Shown: positions 44,415 to 54,555 of the stretch, piece after piece
Position numbering within the stretch: position 1 is the stretch's first letter
How the letters are laid out: the number at the start of each line of letters is the position of its first letter
DNA from: Candidatus Limnocylindrales bacterium
Lineage (GTDB): Bacteria; Chloroflexota; Limnocylindria; Limnocylindrales; CSP1-4
Length of the DNA stretch: 64,000 bases
Direction of reading: 5' to 3'
Assembly: GCA_038325875.1 (NCBI GenBank)
Contig: JBBQJL010000002.1
Coordinates: 64,003-128,002, forward strand
Notes under the pieces: generated by a model
What the model was told of the DNA's origin: nothing
The model's input: the letters and a program-made list of their open reading frames with translations, nothing else
Databases searched by the model: none
Position numbers and translations under genes: made by a program

Positions 44415-47400
44415 TTAGTCTACTCCAGGGCCATCGATCGGGAGTCCGAGGCTACCCTCGAGGTCGCGTGCCTCGGACCGCTCGGCGCGGCTGGCCCGAT
44501 CGAGCCGCTCGAGCAGGCGAAGCCCCCGGAGGATCCACCAGGCGGCCCCGACCCGACGGAGGACCGGCAACCCGCCGCGAACGATCGCCTCGACCTCAGT
44601 CGCACTCTTCCCCGAGGCGGCTTCCAGCGCGGCGAGCTCGACTGCCATCGCACCGACGGCCAGGCTGCTCGGCGCGCGCGCCCGCCCGAGAGCCTGGCCC
44701 GACGAGTCGAGGATCTCCCGGCAAGGTGCCAGGAGGCCGTCGGCGCGCCAGCTCCCGAGGATCGTGGCGACGCAGCCGAGCCAGGCCGGTCCGGACGGCT
44801 CGACGGACAGCCCTTCGCGCAGCCGGTCCGGGTCGGGAGCGCTGGGCGGGATCAGCCCGAACCGTCCGAACCAGGCCGATGCGTTCGCGAACAGCACCCG
44901 CCCGTACGGCGAATCGGGCAGGCCGCGACCCTCCGCCTCCTGGTACCAAGCCTGACATCGCGCGACGATATCCCGATCGCCCCGCCAGCCGCCCATCACC
45001 AGGAGCGACGTGATCGTCCGGACGACGACCCGGTGGAAGCCGCCGGACTCACCCAGATCGACCGCGTCCATTCCGGCGCCGATACCTCGGTCCCAGTCGC
45101 CCGTGGCCAGACCGGCCTCGCACGTTCGCTGGAGCACCCAGCCAAGACGCTCGGTCAGGAGCCACGTCTCGGCGATGTCACGGGCCGGCTGGAGCGCGGT
45201 CGGCACGTCGGCCGGCCGCTCGTCAAGCAGGAAGCCCGACTCACTGATCATGGCGCCGGCCGCGGCGTCCCAGTCGCCGAGCTCGCGAGCCAGGGCGTCG
45301 ATCGCCCGGAAGTCGTCGACCGTCACGTCGCCGGCTTCGTCGCGTGCCCAGGCGAGCTCGCTGAGCGCCGCCAGCTCGAGGGGACGATCGCCGGCCTCTC
45401 GAGCGATGGCCAGGGCCGTGCTGGCATCGTCGATCCAGGGTCCAGCCTCGTTCGTCTCGCCGCCGCGGCCGCTGGCCCGAGCCAGCATGAGTCGAGCCGA
45501 CTCCACGTCGTCGGTCGGCCCGATCTCGTCGAGCACGGCGTCCGCCAGGCGCCACGCGTCGACGAACCGGATCTGCTCGAAGTACAGCTTGGCCAGGGCG
45601 GCCCCTGCGTCGGCGAGGATGCTCCGCGCGACGGCCATGTCGGCACGGTCCAGCCCGGAGCCGCGCGCCGTTCTGGCCCTTGCCATCGCCTGCTCGTACG
45701 CGTCAGCGGCGCGGTCGGTGCGGCCGGCGCGGCGCGATATGCGGCCGAGCTCCAGCCAGCGCCGTCCACTGTCGAGCGTGGATTCCACAGGCGTCAGGTC
45801 GAGGGAACGCTCGATGAGCGCGGCGGCCGTGTCATCGGCGGCCTCGCGCATCGCCCGACCGGCGGCGCGCTCGAGCCATGTGGCGGCGTGGGCTGCCGCC
45901 ATTCGTCGGTCGAGACCCGGTGCGACATCCGCTGCCAGGGTCGGTGCCGATGCCAGCGCGGCATCGTACTGAGCGCCGATCGATCCGGCGACCTCGTCGA
46001 CGCGGTCGCCGGCTGCGGCCTCGAGCCAGCGTGCGAGTGCCACGTGCAGCCTCGCCCGTTCCGCTCGAGCCAGGCTGGCATAGGCGGCATCCCGGAGCAG
46101 GGCGTGTCGATAGGCGTAACCGGCGCCCACGACCCCGAGCTCGGCGGGTCCCGTGATGAGCGCTCGACGGGCCAGGCTGTCGATCGCCCCGGCCCGGTCG
46201 GCGATGCCGAGGGCCGCCAGCGCATCGACCGGGAATCGCCGACCGGCTACGGCCGCTCGGCGGGCCACCGCCCGGGCGGAGGGCGGCAGATCGTCGAGCT
46301 GGACGCCGTAGACCGCATGGACCGTGAGTGGGATCGCGACCCGCTCGGCCGACGTATCCATCGTCCAGCCGTCGCCATCCGGCCGGAGGACGCCGACGCT
46401 GACCCACGTCCGCAGCAGCTCCTCGATGAACAGGCAGTTGCCGTCTGAGGCCTCGGCGATGTGCGCCACCAGGTCGCCCTGGAGCGCATCGCCGACGAGG
46501 GCGTGGATGAGCGCAACCGCGGGCCCGCCGGTCAGTCCCGGCAGGTCGATCCGATGACGCCTGTCGGTCGGGTCGCTGGCGCACCACGCCGGGTCCGTCT
46601 CGAGCAGCGAGGGTCGAGCGGTGACGATCACGAGACGACCACCGCGGCCAGGACGGTCGTCGGCGGCGTCGAGGAACGCCAACGCATCTCGTCCGGCCCA
46701 GTGCGCGTCCTCGACGAGCCACAGCTCGCCACGACCGGCGGTCAGGGTCGTGAACCCGTCGAGCCACGCCGCGAAGCGAGTCTCCCGGTCCGGGCTCGCC
46801 CCATCTTCCGCAGCGGGTCCCGCGGCAAGTCTCGTCAGCGCCTCGGCCACGACGGCCGCCCGCCCGGTCGCCAGACCACCGGTGACGAGCCGCACCTCGA
46901 GATCGTCGCCGACCAGTCCCGAGACGAGGTCGGAGATCGCTCCGAATGGCCGGGGATCGTCGGCTCGGAAGCGAGTCCGGCGAACGACGACCTCGGCGGC
47001 TGAGCGAGCGGCCAGCTCGTCGAGCAGGCGGGTCTTGCCGGTGCCCGGCGGCGCCACGATCAGCCAGCGCTCCGAGGTCCCCTGCGCCGTCGTCCTGGCG
47101 AGGGCCGCCGCCAGGCTGTCGAGTTCCGTGTCCCGGCCGAGCGTCGGTGCGCGCAGGGCGCCCATCGCCGCCTCTCGCGACCTGCTTGCCAGCCCCCCGA
47201 GGGCGACCCGTGTCCGGACCGGCTGCGCCTTTCCTTTGACCTCGATCTCGGCCGGCGGCCCGAGATCGATGACCTCCGCGACGGCGAGTGCCGTGAACTC
47301 GGACAGCAGGACCTGGCCGGCCGACGCCGCCGTTTGCAGTCGGGCGGCCGTGTTGACCGTGTCGCCGGTGAGCCGCCCGGCATCAGGGCCCGACTCGGCG

Positions 47401-47765
47401 TGCACGACCTCGCCGGTCGCGACGCCCACCCGGACCGTCACCATCCCGGCATCGAGCCCGAGCTCGGCGTCGAGCCGCTCCACGGCGGCCACGATGGCCA
47501 GGCCGCAACGGGTGGCTCGCTCGGCATCGTCGTCATGGCCGGTCGGGACGCCGAAGGCGGCCATCGCCGCGTCGCCGACGAACTTCTCGAGGACTCCGCG
47601 GTAGTGTGCGACGGCGTCGCGGACGGCCGCGAAGTAGCGGTCCTGGATCGAAGCCACGTCCTCGGGCTCGAGGCGCTCCGAGAGCGCCGTGAAGCCGACC
47701 AGATCGGCGAACAGGACAGTGACGATCCGCCGTTCGTACGTCGCGTCCGGGATGGTCGTCGACAT
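44415..47765 (-). CDS. class III adenylate/guanylate cyclase fused to a STAND-type AAA ATPase and a TPR-like helical-repeat region
   Basis: The cyclase motifs are VTVLFADLVGFT, KFVGDAAMAAFG and GDTVNTAARL. The Walker A is VAPPGTGKTRL. About 700 aa of helical repeats follow. I see no C-terminal LuxR HTH. Confidence 0.85.
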   Translation of the reverse strand: MSTTIPDATYERRIVTVLFADLVGFTALSERLEPEDVASIQDRYFAAVRDAVAHYRGVLEKFVGDAAMAAFGVPTGHDDDAERATRCGLAIVAAVERLDAELGLDAGMVTVRVGVATGEVVHAESGPDAGRLTGDTVNTAARLQTAASAGQVLLSEFTALAVAEVIDLGPPAEIEVKGKAQPVRTRVALGGLASRSREAAMGALRAPTLGRDTELDSLAAALARTTAQGTSERWLIVAPPGTGKTRLLDELAARSAAEVVVRRTRFRADDPRPFGAISDLVSGLVGDDLEVRLVTGGLATGRAAVVAEALTRLAAGPAAEDGASPDRETRFAAWLDGFTTLTAGRGELWLVEDAHWAGRDALAFLDAADDRPGRGGRLVIVTARPSLLETDPAWCASDPTDRRHRIDLPGLTGGPAVALIHALVGDALQGDLVAHIAEASDGNCLFIEELLRTWVSVGVLRPDGDGWTMDTSAERVAIPLTVHAVYGVQLDDLPPSARAVARRAAVAGRRFPVDALAALGIADRAGAIDSLARRALITGPAELGVVGAGYAYRHALLRDAAYASLARAERARLHVALARWLEAAAGDRVDEVAGSIGAQYDAALASAPTLAADVAPGLDRRMAAAHAATWLERAAGRAMREAADDTAAALIERSLDLTPVESTLDSGRRWLELGRISRRAGRTDRAADAYEQAMARARTARGSGLDRADMAVARSILADAGAALAKLYFEQIRFVDAWRLADAVLDEIGPTDDVESARLMLARASGRGGETNEAGPWIDDASTALAIAREAGDRPLELAALSELAWARDEAGDVTVDDFRAIDALARELGDWDAAAGAMISESGFLLDERPADVPTALQPARDIAETWLLTERLGWVLQRTCEAGLATGDWDRGIGAGMDAVDLGESGGFHRVVVRTITSLLVMGGWRGDRDIVARCQAWYQEAEGRGLPDSPYGRVLFANASAWFGRFGLIPPSAPDPDRLREGLSVEPSGPAWLGCVATILGSWRADGLLAPCREILDSSGQALGRARAPSSLAVGAMAVELAALEAASGKSATEVEAIVRGGLPVLRRVGAAWWILRGLRLLERLDRASRAERSEARDLEGSLGLPIDGPGVD

Positions 47766-48098
47766 CGGCTGACTCTAGACGTTCGTCGGCGCCCGGATCT
47801 GGTGGCGCGGGCCCGGCCCGCCTCGTAACAGCGTGGCGACCGGTGGGCCCCTCGATACCCGGCGCGCGCCGGGACGTCTCGGCACCCCCACGTCGCGGGA
47901 TAGCAATCGGTGTGCTGCTCGGTGGCGCCGCCGCCGGGCCGTCCGCGGAGTCGAAGGGGTCGTGGCGCCGCCCGACCGACGTCTGAGCGGGGCAACGATC
48001 GCGCGGCTCGCCTGGGGCTGGCCGGATCACACGTACCAGCACGTCCATTGCCATCCGGCGAAAAGGAAGCCGGAGCGCCGGAGCGCGGGGTCTTTCCA

Positions 48099-48140
48099 CG
48101 AGGCACGGCCGGCGAGGCACGGCCGGCGAGGCACGGCCGG
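48099..48140 (+). repeat. perfect 3 x 14-bp tandem repeat (CGAGGCACGGCCGG) in a promoter region
   Basis: I counted three exact adjacent copies, ending 19 nt before a CATAAT box. A 2 x 8-bp tandem (GCCGGAGC) lies at 48069-48084. Confidence 0.9.
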
Positions 48141-48159
48141 CCCCGCCGGTGCCCGGTGC

Positions 48160-48165
48160 CATAAT
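48160..48165 (+). promoter_or_regulatory. candidate -10 box (CATAAT) of the ALDH gene, leaderless spacing
   Basis: CATAAT lies 8 nt before ATG 48174, and no SD sequence is present. Confidence 0.35.
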
Positions 48166-48173
48166 GACCGGCG

Positions 48174-49775
48174 ATGACCACCGAGACGGAGCCCGGGACG
48201 CCCGACTCCGCGGCCACGGAACCCACCAGCTCGCTGGAGCCGGTCGCCCGCGGCACCGAGCCGACGAGCTCGACGGGCGGCCCGAACCGGAGCGAGGCCC
48301 CCAACAGCTGGGGACTCGGCGACGGCCAGGCGATCCCGTGGGAGTACGCCCCGGCGCCCGAGTCACGCGACGTGGTCAAGCTCAAGAGCCGCTATGGCTT
48401 GTTCATCGGCGGTCGCGAAGTGGCGGCGTCGGGTGGCGCCACCTTCATCACGATCGACCCGTCCACTGAGCTGCCACTGGCGGAGGTCGCCAGGGCCACC
48501 GAGGCCGACGTCGACAAGGCCGTCCGCTCGGCGCGCCGGGCGACGGGCAAGAGCTGGGGCCAACTGCCGGGCAGGGAGCGCGCCAAGTACCTGTTCCGGA
48601 TCGCCCGGATCCTCCAGGAGCGCAGCCGCGAGTTCGCCGTACTCGAGAGCATGGACTCGGGCAAGCCGATCAAGGAGAGCCGGGACGTCGACATCCCGCT
48701 CGCCGCGGCCCACTTCTGGTACTACGCAGGTTGGGCGGACAAGCTCGAATACGCCTTCCCCGGTCGGATCGCCAAGCCGCGCGGGGTGGCGGCCCAGGTC
48801 ATCCCGTGGAACTTCCCGCTGTTGATGCTCTCGTGGAAGATCGCCCCGGCCCTGGCCGCCGGCAACACGGTGGTCCTCAAGCCGGCCAGTACGACCCCGC
48901 TGACCGCCCTCCTCTTCGCCGATGTCTGCCGTCAGGCGGACCTGCCCGCCGGCGTGGTCAACATCGTCACCGGGCCGGGCGAGATCGGGATGGCCCTGGT
49001 TCGCCACGAGGGCGTCGACAAGGTCGCCTTCACGGGCTCGACCGCCGTCGGCAAGCTCATCGCCAAGGGCATCGCCGGCCAGGGCAAGGGCCTGACCCTG
49101 GAGCTCGGCGGCAAGGCGGCCAACATCGTCTTCGACGACGCGCCGCTCGACCAGGCCGTCGAGGGCATCGTCAACGGGATCTACTTCAACCAGGGCGAGG
49201 TCTGCTGCGCCGGGTCCCGCCTGCTCGTCCAGGAGTCGATCGCCGGTCCGCTCATCGACAAGCTGAAGGACCGTCTGGCGACTATCCGTGTCGGCGACCC
49301 GCTCGACAAGAACACGGACGTCGGGGCGATCAACTCGAAGGCGCAGCTGGACAAGATCACCGAGCTGGTGGCCTCCGGAGTGGCCGAGGGGGCCGACCTG
49401 TATCAGCCGGCCTGCGACCTGCCCGAGCGCGGCTTCTTCTTCCGGCCGACCCTGTTCACCAACGTCGCCCAGAGCCACCGGATCGCCCGCGAGGAGATCT
49501 TCGGACCGGTCCTGTCGACCCTCACCTTCCGCACACCGGAGGAGGCGATCGAGAAGGCGAACAACACGCCGTACGGTCTGTCGGCCGGGATCTGGACCGA
49601 CAAGGGCAGCCGGATCCTGATGATGGCCCAGCGGCTGCGAGCCGGGGTCATCTGGGCCAACACGTTCAACAAGTTCGACCCGGCCAGCCCGTTCGGCGGG
49701 TACAAGGAGTCCGGCTACGGCCGCGAAGGCGGACTCCACGGACTGCTCGCCTACGTCCGCCTGGAGGACCGCTGA
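48174..49775 (+). CDS. aldehyde dehydrogenase family protein (full-length, catalytic residues present)
   Basis: It has the Glu motif LELGGKAANIVF, the Cys motif FNQGEVCCAGSRLLV, the NAD block VNIVTGPG and the C-terminal GGYKESGYGREGG. The N-terminal region of about 70 aa is low-complexity, so the start is uncertain. Confidence 0.9.
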   Translation: MTTETEPGTPDSAATEPTSSLEPVARGTEPTSSTGGPNRSEAPNSWGLGDGQAIPWEYAPAPESRDVVKLKSRYGLFIGGREVAASGGATFITIDPSTELPLAEVARATEADVDKAVRSARRATGKSWGQLPGRERAKYLFRIARILQERSREFAVLESMDSGKPIKESRDVDIPLAAAHFWYYAGWADKLEYAFPGRIAKPRGVAAQVIPWNFPLLMLSWKIAPALAAGNTVVLKPASTTPLTALLFADVCRQADLPAGVVNIVTGPGEIGMALVRHEGVDKVAFTGSTAVGKLIAKGIAGQGKGLTLELGGKAANIVFDDAPLDQAVEGIVNGIYFNQGEVCCAGSRLLVQESIAGPLIDKLKDRLATIRVGDPLDKNTDVGAINSKAQLDKITELVASGVAEGADLYQPACDLPERGFFFRPTLFTNVAQSHRIAREEIFGPVLSTLTFRTPEEAIEKANNTPYGLSAGIWTDKGSRILMMAQRLRAGVIWANTFNKFDPASPFGGYKESGYGREGGLHGLLAYVRLEDR

Positions 49776-50689
49776 TGCCGTCGGTCCGCCTCGGGTCGGG
49801 TCCGGCCGCCCGGATCGACGTGCGCAAGACCTACAAGCTGTACATCGGCGGCGCTTTCCCGCGGACCGAGTCCGGCCGGACCTACCTGGTCGAGACGCCG
49901 GGTGGCGATCCGCTGGCCAATGCCTGCCAGGCTTCGCGCAAGGATCTGCGCGAGGCCGTCCGGGCCGCGCGCAAGGCGTTCGAGCCGTGGGCGGCACGAT
50001 CGGCTATGAACCGCGGCCAGATCCTGTATCGGGTGGCCGAGCTGATGGAGGGTCGGCGGGAGCAGTTCGTGGCCGAGATCTCGGCGGGGGAGGGGGTCAA
50101 CGCAGCCCGGGCTCGCGACAGCGTCGACCGAGCCATCGACCGCTGGGTCTGGTACGCGGGTTGGTCGGACAAGCTCGGCCAGGTCCTCGGCAGCTCGAAT
50201 CCGGTCGCCGGCTCGTACTTCAACTTCACGATCCCCGAGCCGACCGGGGTGGTCGGGATCGTCGCCCCGGAGCGCTCGTCGCTGCTCGGATTGGTCAGCC
50301 GGCTCGCCCCGGCCCTGGTCGGCGGCAACGTCACGGTGGTGGTCGCCTCGGAGGCGCGACCCCTGGCAGCAGTGACCCTGACCGAGGTCCTCGCCACGTC
50401 TGACGTGCCGGGCGGCGTGGTCAACCTGCTCACCGGGCGGAAGGCCGAGCTCGTGCCGGTCCTGGCGGCCCACGTCGATGTCGACGCGATCGACACCTGG
50501 GGGATCCCGCCGGCCAGCCAGGCCGATGTCGAGAGTTCGGCTGCGGACAGCATCAAGCGGATCGCTCGGCGGCCACGGGGCGTCGTCGACGACCGGTTCG
50601 ATTGGACCGACGATCGGGCCGCCCAGCGCCCCGAGTGGATCGCCGCCTTCCTGGAGATGAAGACGGTCTGGCATCCCATCGGCGCGTGA
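49775..50689 (+). CDS. truncated aldehyde-dehydrogenase-like protein lacking the catalytic domain
   Basis: It is 304 aa and starts like an ALDH (YKLYIGGAF, KDLREAV.AARKAF, NLLTG). It has no ELGGK or catalytic Cys block and ends with an ALDH-like tail (FLEMKTVWHP). The ATG overlaps the upstream stop (TGATG). Confidence 0.75.
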   Translation: MPSVRLGSGPAARIDVRKTYKLYIGGAFPRTESGRTYLVETPGGDPLANACQASRKDLREAVRAARKAFEPWAARSAMNRGQILYRVAELMEGRREQFVAEISAGEGVNAARARDSVDRAIDRWVWYAGWSDKLGQVLGSSNPVAGSYFNFTIPEPTGVVGIVAPERSSLLGLVSRLAPALVGGNVTVVVASEARPLAAVTLTEVLATSDVPGGVVNLLTGRKAELVPVLAAHVDVDAIDTWGIPPASQADVESSAADSIKRIARRPRGVVDDRFDWTDDRAAQRPEWIAAFLEMKTVWHPIGA

Positions 50690-50705
50690 CCCGACCGACT
50701 CCTTC

Positions 50706-51158
50706 GTGACCGCGGCCGGTAGCGTCGAGCGACGCACCTACGTCAAGGCGGATCCACGCGCCGTGTGGACCACTCTCCACGACCCGGCGGCGCAGGACGT
50801 GCTCTACCCCGAGCTGACCCTCGGCCCAGCGGCGCCGAGCTGGCCGGCGGCTGGTGCGACCCGACCCGCGCGACTGCGCCTCGGCCTCCTCCGAACGAGC
50901 GTCCGGCTCGAAAGCCTGGAGGCGCGGCCGGAGACCCGCTTCCGGACGATCCTGGTCGGTGACGGGATCCGCCTCGAGCGATCGTGGGTGCTCGAGCCGG
51001 GGGCCGGCGGCGGCACCCGGGTGGTCGCTCGGGCGGACCTGCGGACCGTCGGTCGATCGGTCGCCGCGCTGGTCCGGTTCGGGCGCGGGTCCGCGGCCAC
51101 GATGGTCGAGACGCATCTGCGGATCCTCAAGGAGATGGCCGAAGGCGGCGGGCGCTGA
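50706..51158 (+). CDS. SRPBCC (polyketide cyclase/START-like) superfamily protein
   Basis: It is 150 aa with the typical start RRTYVKADPRAVWTTLHDP and a C-terminal amphipathic helix. GTG start. Confidence 0.5.
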   Translation: MTAAGSVERRTYVKADPRAVWTTLHDPAAQDVLYPELTLGPAAPSWPAAGATRPARLRLGLLRTSVRLESLEARPETRFRTILVGDGIRLERSWVLEPGAGGGTRVVARADLRTVGRSVAALVRFGRGSAATMVETHLRILKEMAEGGGR

Positions 51159-52150
51159 TGCCGCCCGCGGTCCTGGTCCTGCTCCTGACCGCGGCCGTCA
51201 TGCATGCCGGCTGGAACATCCTGCTCAAGACCGCCGACGACCCGCTGCGCACGGCCGGCCGGGGGATGATCGTCGGGGCGGGCGTGCTCATCCCGGCCGC
51301 CCTCGTCGGCTGGCTCATCACGGACCGCCCGTCGATCCCACCCGAGGCGTGGGTCATCGCCCTGGCGTCGGGCGCCCTCGAAGCGCTCTACTTCTCGTTG
51401 CTGTCGGCCGCCTATACACGGGGGGACCTGTCGCTCGTGTACCCGATCGCCCGGGGGACCGCGCCCGTCCTCGCGGTCGGGATCGGGATCGTCTTCCTCG
51501 GAGAGCGCCTCGGGCCGATGGGCACGCTCGGTGTCGCCCTGCTGCTGATCGGCATCCTGGCCCTCCAGCGACCGTGGGCGGTCCTCCGCCGGTCGTCGGA
51601 GCTGACCCCGCGGATGCGCCAGGCGGCGTGGCTGGCAGTGGCCACCGGGGTGACCATCGCGGCCTACTCGGCGGTCGACCTCAACGGCGCGCGGATCGTC
51701 GCTCCGTGGCTGTACGTGGCGATGATCTGGGGCTTCACCGCCGCGATCCTGCTGACCGGCATCGCCCTCGTCGATCGGCGCGCCCGACGCTCGGTCGGGC
51801 TGGCCCTCGCATCGGCGGCCGTCGCGACCGAGACGGACGACGTCGCGATCCTGGCCGACGAGGCCGTCCGCCCACCGGCGGGCGGGGCCCCACTCCTCCG
51901 CTCCGACGACTGGGGTCGGGCTGCGCTCGGTGGGCTGATCACCGTCGGGGCCTACCTGTTGGTGCTGATCGCCTTCAGGTTCGCACCGCTGAGCGCCGTG
52001 GCGCCCGTCCGCGAGTCGGCCATCGTCCTGGTGTCGGGCTGGGGCTCGTTCCGGCTGGGGGAGGCCGCCACCCGCCGAACAGGGCTCGGTCGGCTGGCCG
52101 CTGCGGCGATGATCGTGATCGGGGCGATCCTCCTCGCCCTGGAACCGTAG
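51158..52150 (+). CDS. DMT superfamily (EamA-like) transporter
   Basis: There are two EamA-like halves, with a hydrophilic insert of about 45 aa before the last TM helices. The ATG overlaps the upstream stop (TGATG). Confidence 0.7.
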   Translation: MPPAVLVLLLTAAVMHAGWNILLKTADDPLRTAGRGMIVGAGVLIPAALVGWLITDRPSIPPEAWVIALASGALEALYFSLLSAAYTRGDLSLVYPIARGTAPVLAVGIGIVFLGERLGPMGTLGVALLLIGILALQRPWAVLRRSSELTPRMRQAAWLAVATGVTIAAYSAVDLNGARIVAPWLYVAMIWGFTAAILLTGIALVDRRARRSVGLALASAAVATETDDVAILADEAVRPPAGGAPLLRSDDWGRAALGGLITVGAYLLVLIAFRFAPLSAVAPVRESAIVLVSGWGSFRLGEAATRRTGLGRLAAAAMIVIGAILLALEP

Positions 52151-52167
52151 GGGTCGAGACCGCCGGG

Positions 52168-53160
52168 TCAGGTGGCCGGTGGCGCATCACCCGGCAGGGT
52201 GACTGGCGCTGCAGCCGGGACGGCCACCGCGGCCGGACCGGCCACCGCGGCCAGCTTCCGACCGAAGATCCGGCGTGAGCTGCGGCTGCCGTTCACCAGC
52301 CCGACGCCGCCGAGGATGATCGCCGTCCCGGCCAGGGTCCGCAGATCGATCGTCTCGTTGAGGACGGCGACGCCCAGCACGATCCCGACGATCGGCATGA
52401 TGTAGGTGATCAGCGACAGGCGGGTCGGCCCGAGGACGTGGACCAGCCGGAAGTAGATCAGGTATGCCAGCGACGAACCGAACACGCCGAGCCAGAGGAC
52501 GGCGAACCAGGCCAGGCCGGTGGTCGGCAGCTGGACCGGCGATTCGAACAGCACCATGAGCGCGCTCACGATGACCAGGGCGATGCCGACCTGGAAGAAA
52601 GCCGGGACGGTCGGATGGTGGCCGCGCATGTTGACTCGAACGAAGACGTTCCCGGCGGCATACGACACGGACGCGCCAAGAATGGCGATCTCGCCGAGGG
52701 TGGACTCGCCTCGGCCGCCGGTCAGCCCGTGGCTGAGCAGGACGATCACCCCGGCGAACCCGACGATGAGCCCGACCAGCCGGTTGACCGTGATCGCCTC
52801 CTCGGTCAGGACGGTCGAGGCGATGACGATCGTGACCAGTGGCGTCGTCGCCTGGAGGATCGTCGCCAGTGACGAGTCGATGTACTGCTCGCCCCAGGTG
52901 ATCAGGCTGAACGGGATGACGATGTTGAAGACAGCCATGACCACGAGCTTGCCGTAGGTCGTTCGATCTCGAGGGATCGGCGCGTGCGACAGACGCAGGG
53001 CGACCGCCAGGATGAGCACGCCGAAGAACAGCCGCAGGGCGATCAGGGTGAACGGCTCGAGGGTCTGCACCCCGATCTTGATGAACAGGTAGCTGCTTCC
53101 CCAGAACAGCGAGATCAGGCCGAACAGGAGCCAGTCGCGGGTCGTCGGCCGGGGGGTCAT
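52168..53160 (-). CDS. DMT superfamily (EamA) transporter
   Basis: It has 10 TM helices, duplicated EamA repeats (LISLFWGSSYLFIK; YIMPIVGIVLGVAVLNE) and a C-terminal Ala/Pro-rich tail. Confidence 0.8.
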   Translation of the reverse strand: MTPRPTTRDWLLFGLISLFWGSSYLFIKIGVQTLEPFTLIALRLFFGVLILAVALRLSHAPIPRDRTTYGKLVVMAVFNIVIPFSLITWGEQYIDSSLATILQATTPLVTIVIASTVLTEEAITVNRLVGLIVGFAGVIVLLSHGLTGGRGESTLGEIAILGASVSYAAGNVFVRVNMRGHHPTVPAFFQVGIALVIVSALMVLFESPVQLPTTGLAWFAVLWLGVFGSSLAYLIYFRLVHVLGPTRLSLITYIMPIVGIVLGVAVLNETIDLRTLAGTAIILGGVGLVNGSRSSRRIFGRKLAAVAGPAAVAVPAAAPVTLPGDAPPAT

Positions 53161-53349
53161 CGCCGGATGATAGCCGGGATTGGCCTACCTTGATAGTCCA
53201 ATATCCGCTCGAAGATCCCGTCACGACGTGGGCGACGCATGAACGTAGAACCACGGTTCCGGGGGTACGGTTGCAGGGCGGTCACGACCGGCGGCGCTTG
53301 TCGGTACCATGCGCCCACGGGCCGTCAGGCTGGCCCGGAGGAGGTTCGC

Positions 53350-54546
<1,197 letters not shown>

Positions 54547-54555
54547 GGCTCGGGG

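Noticed and set aside
42966-46448. A 1160-aa plus-strand ORF across the ThiY-like SBP, the riboswitch and the cyclase gene.
   Set aside because: It is antisense to well-supported genes and runs straight through a recognisable TPP riboswitch. The composition is Arg/Gly/Pro-dominated. It is a high-GC artefact.
47833-48177. A 114-aa plus-strand ORF, and the 277-315-aa minus-strand ORFs, inside the 408-bp gap before the ALDH gene.
   Set aside because: The products are Arg-rich (RRRRAVRG, RKPERRSAG). There is no RBS. The 14-bp tandem repeat (not a multiple of 3) runs through them. I treat the region as non-coding.
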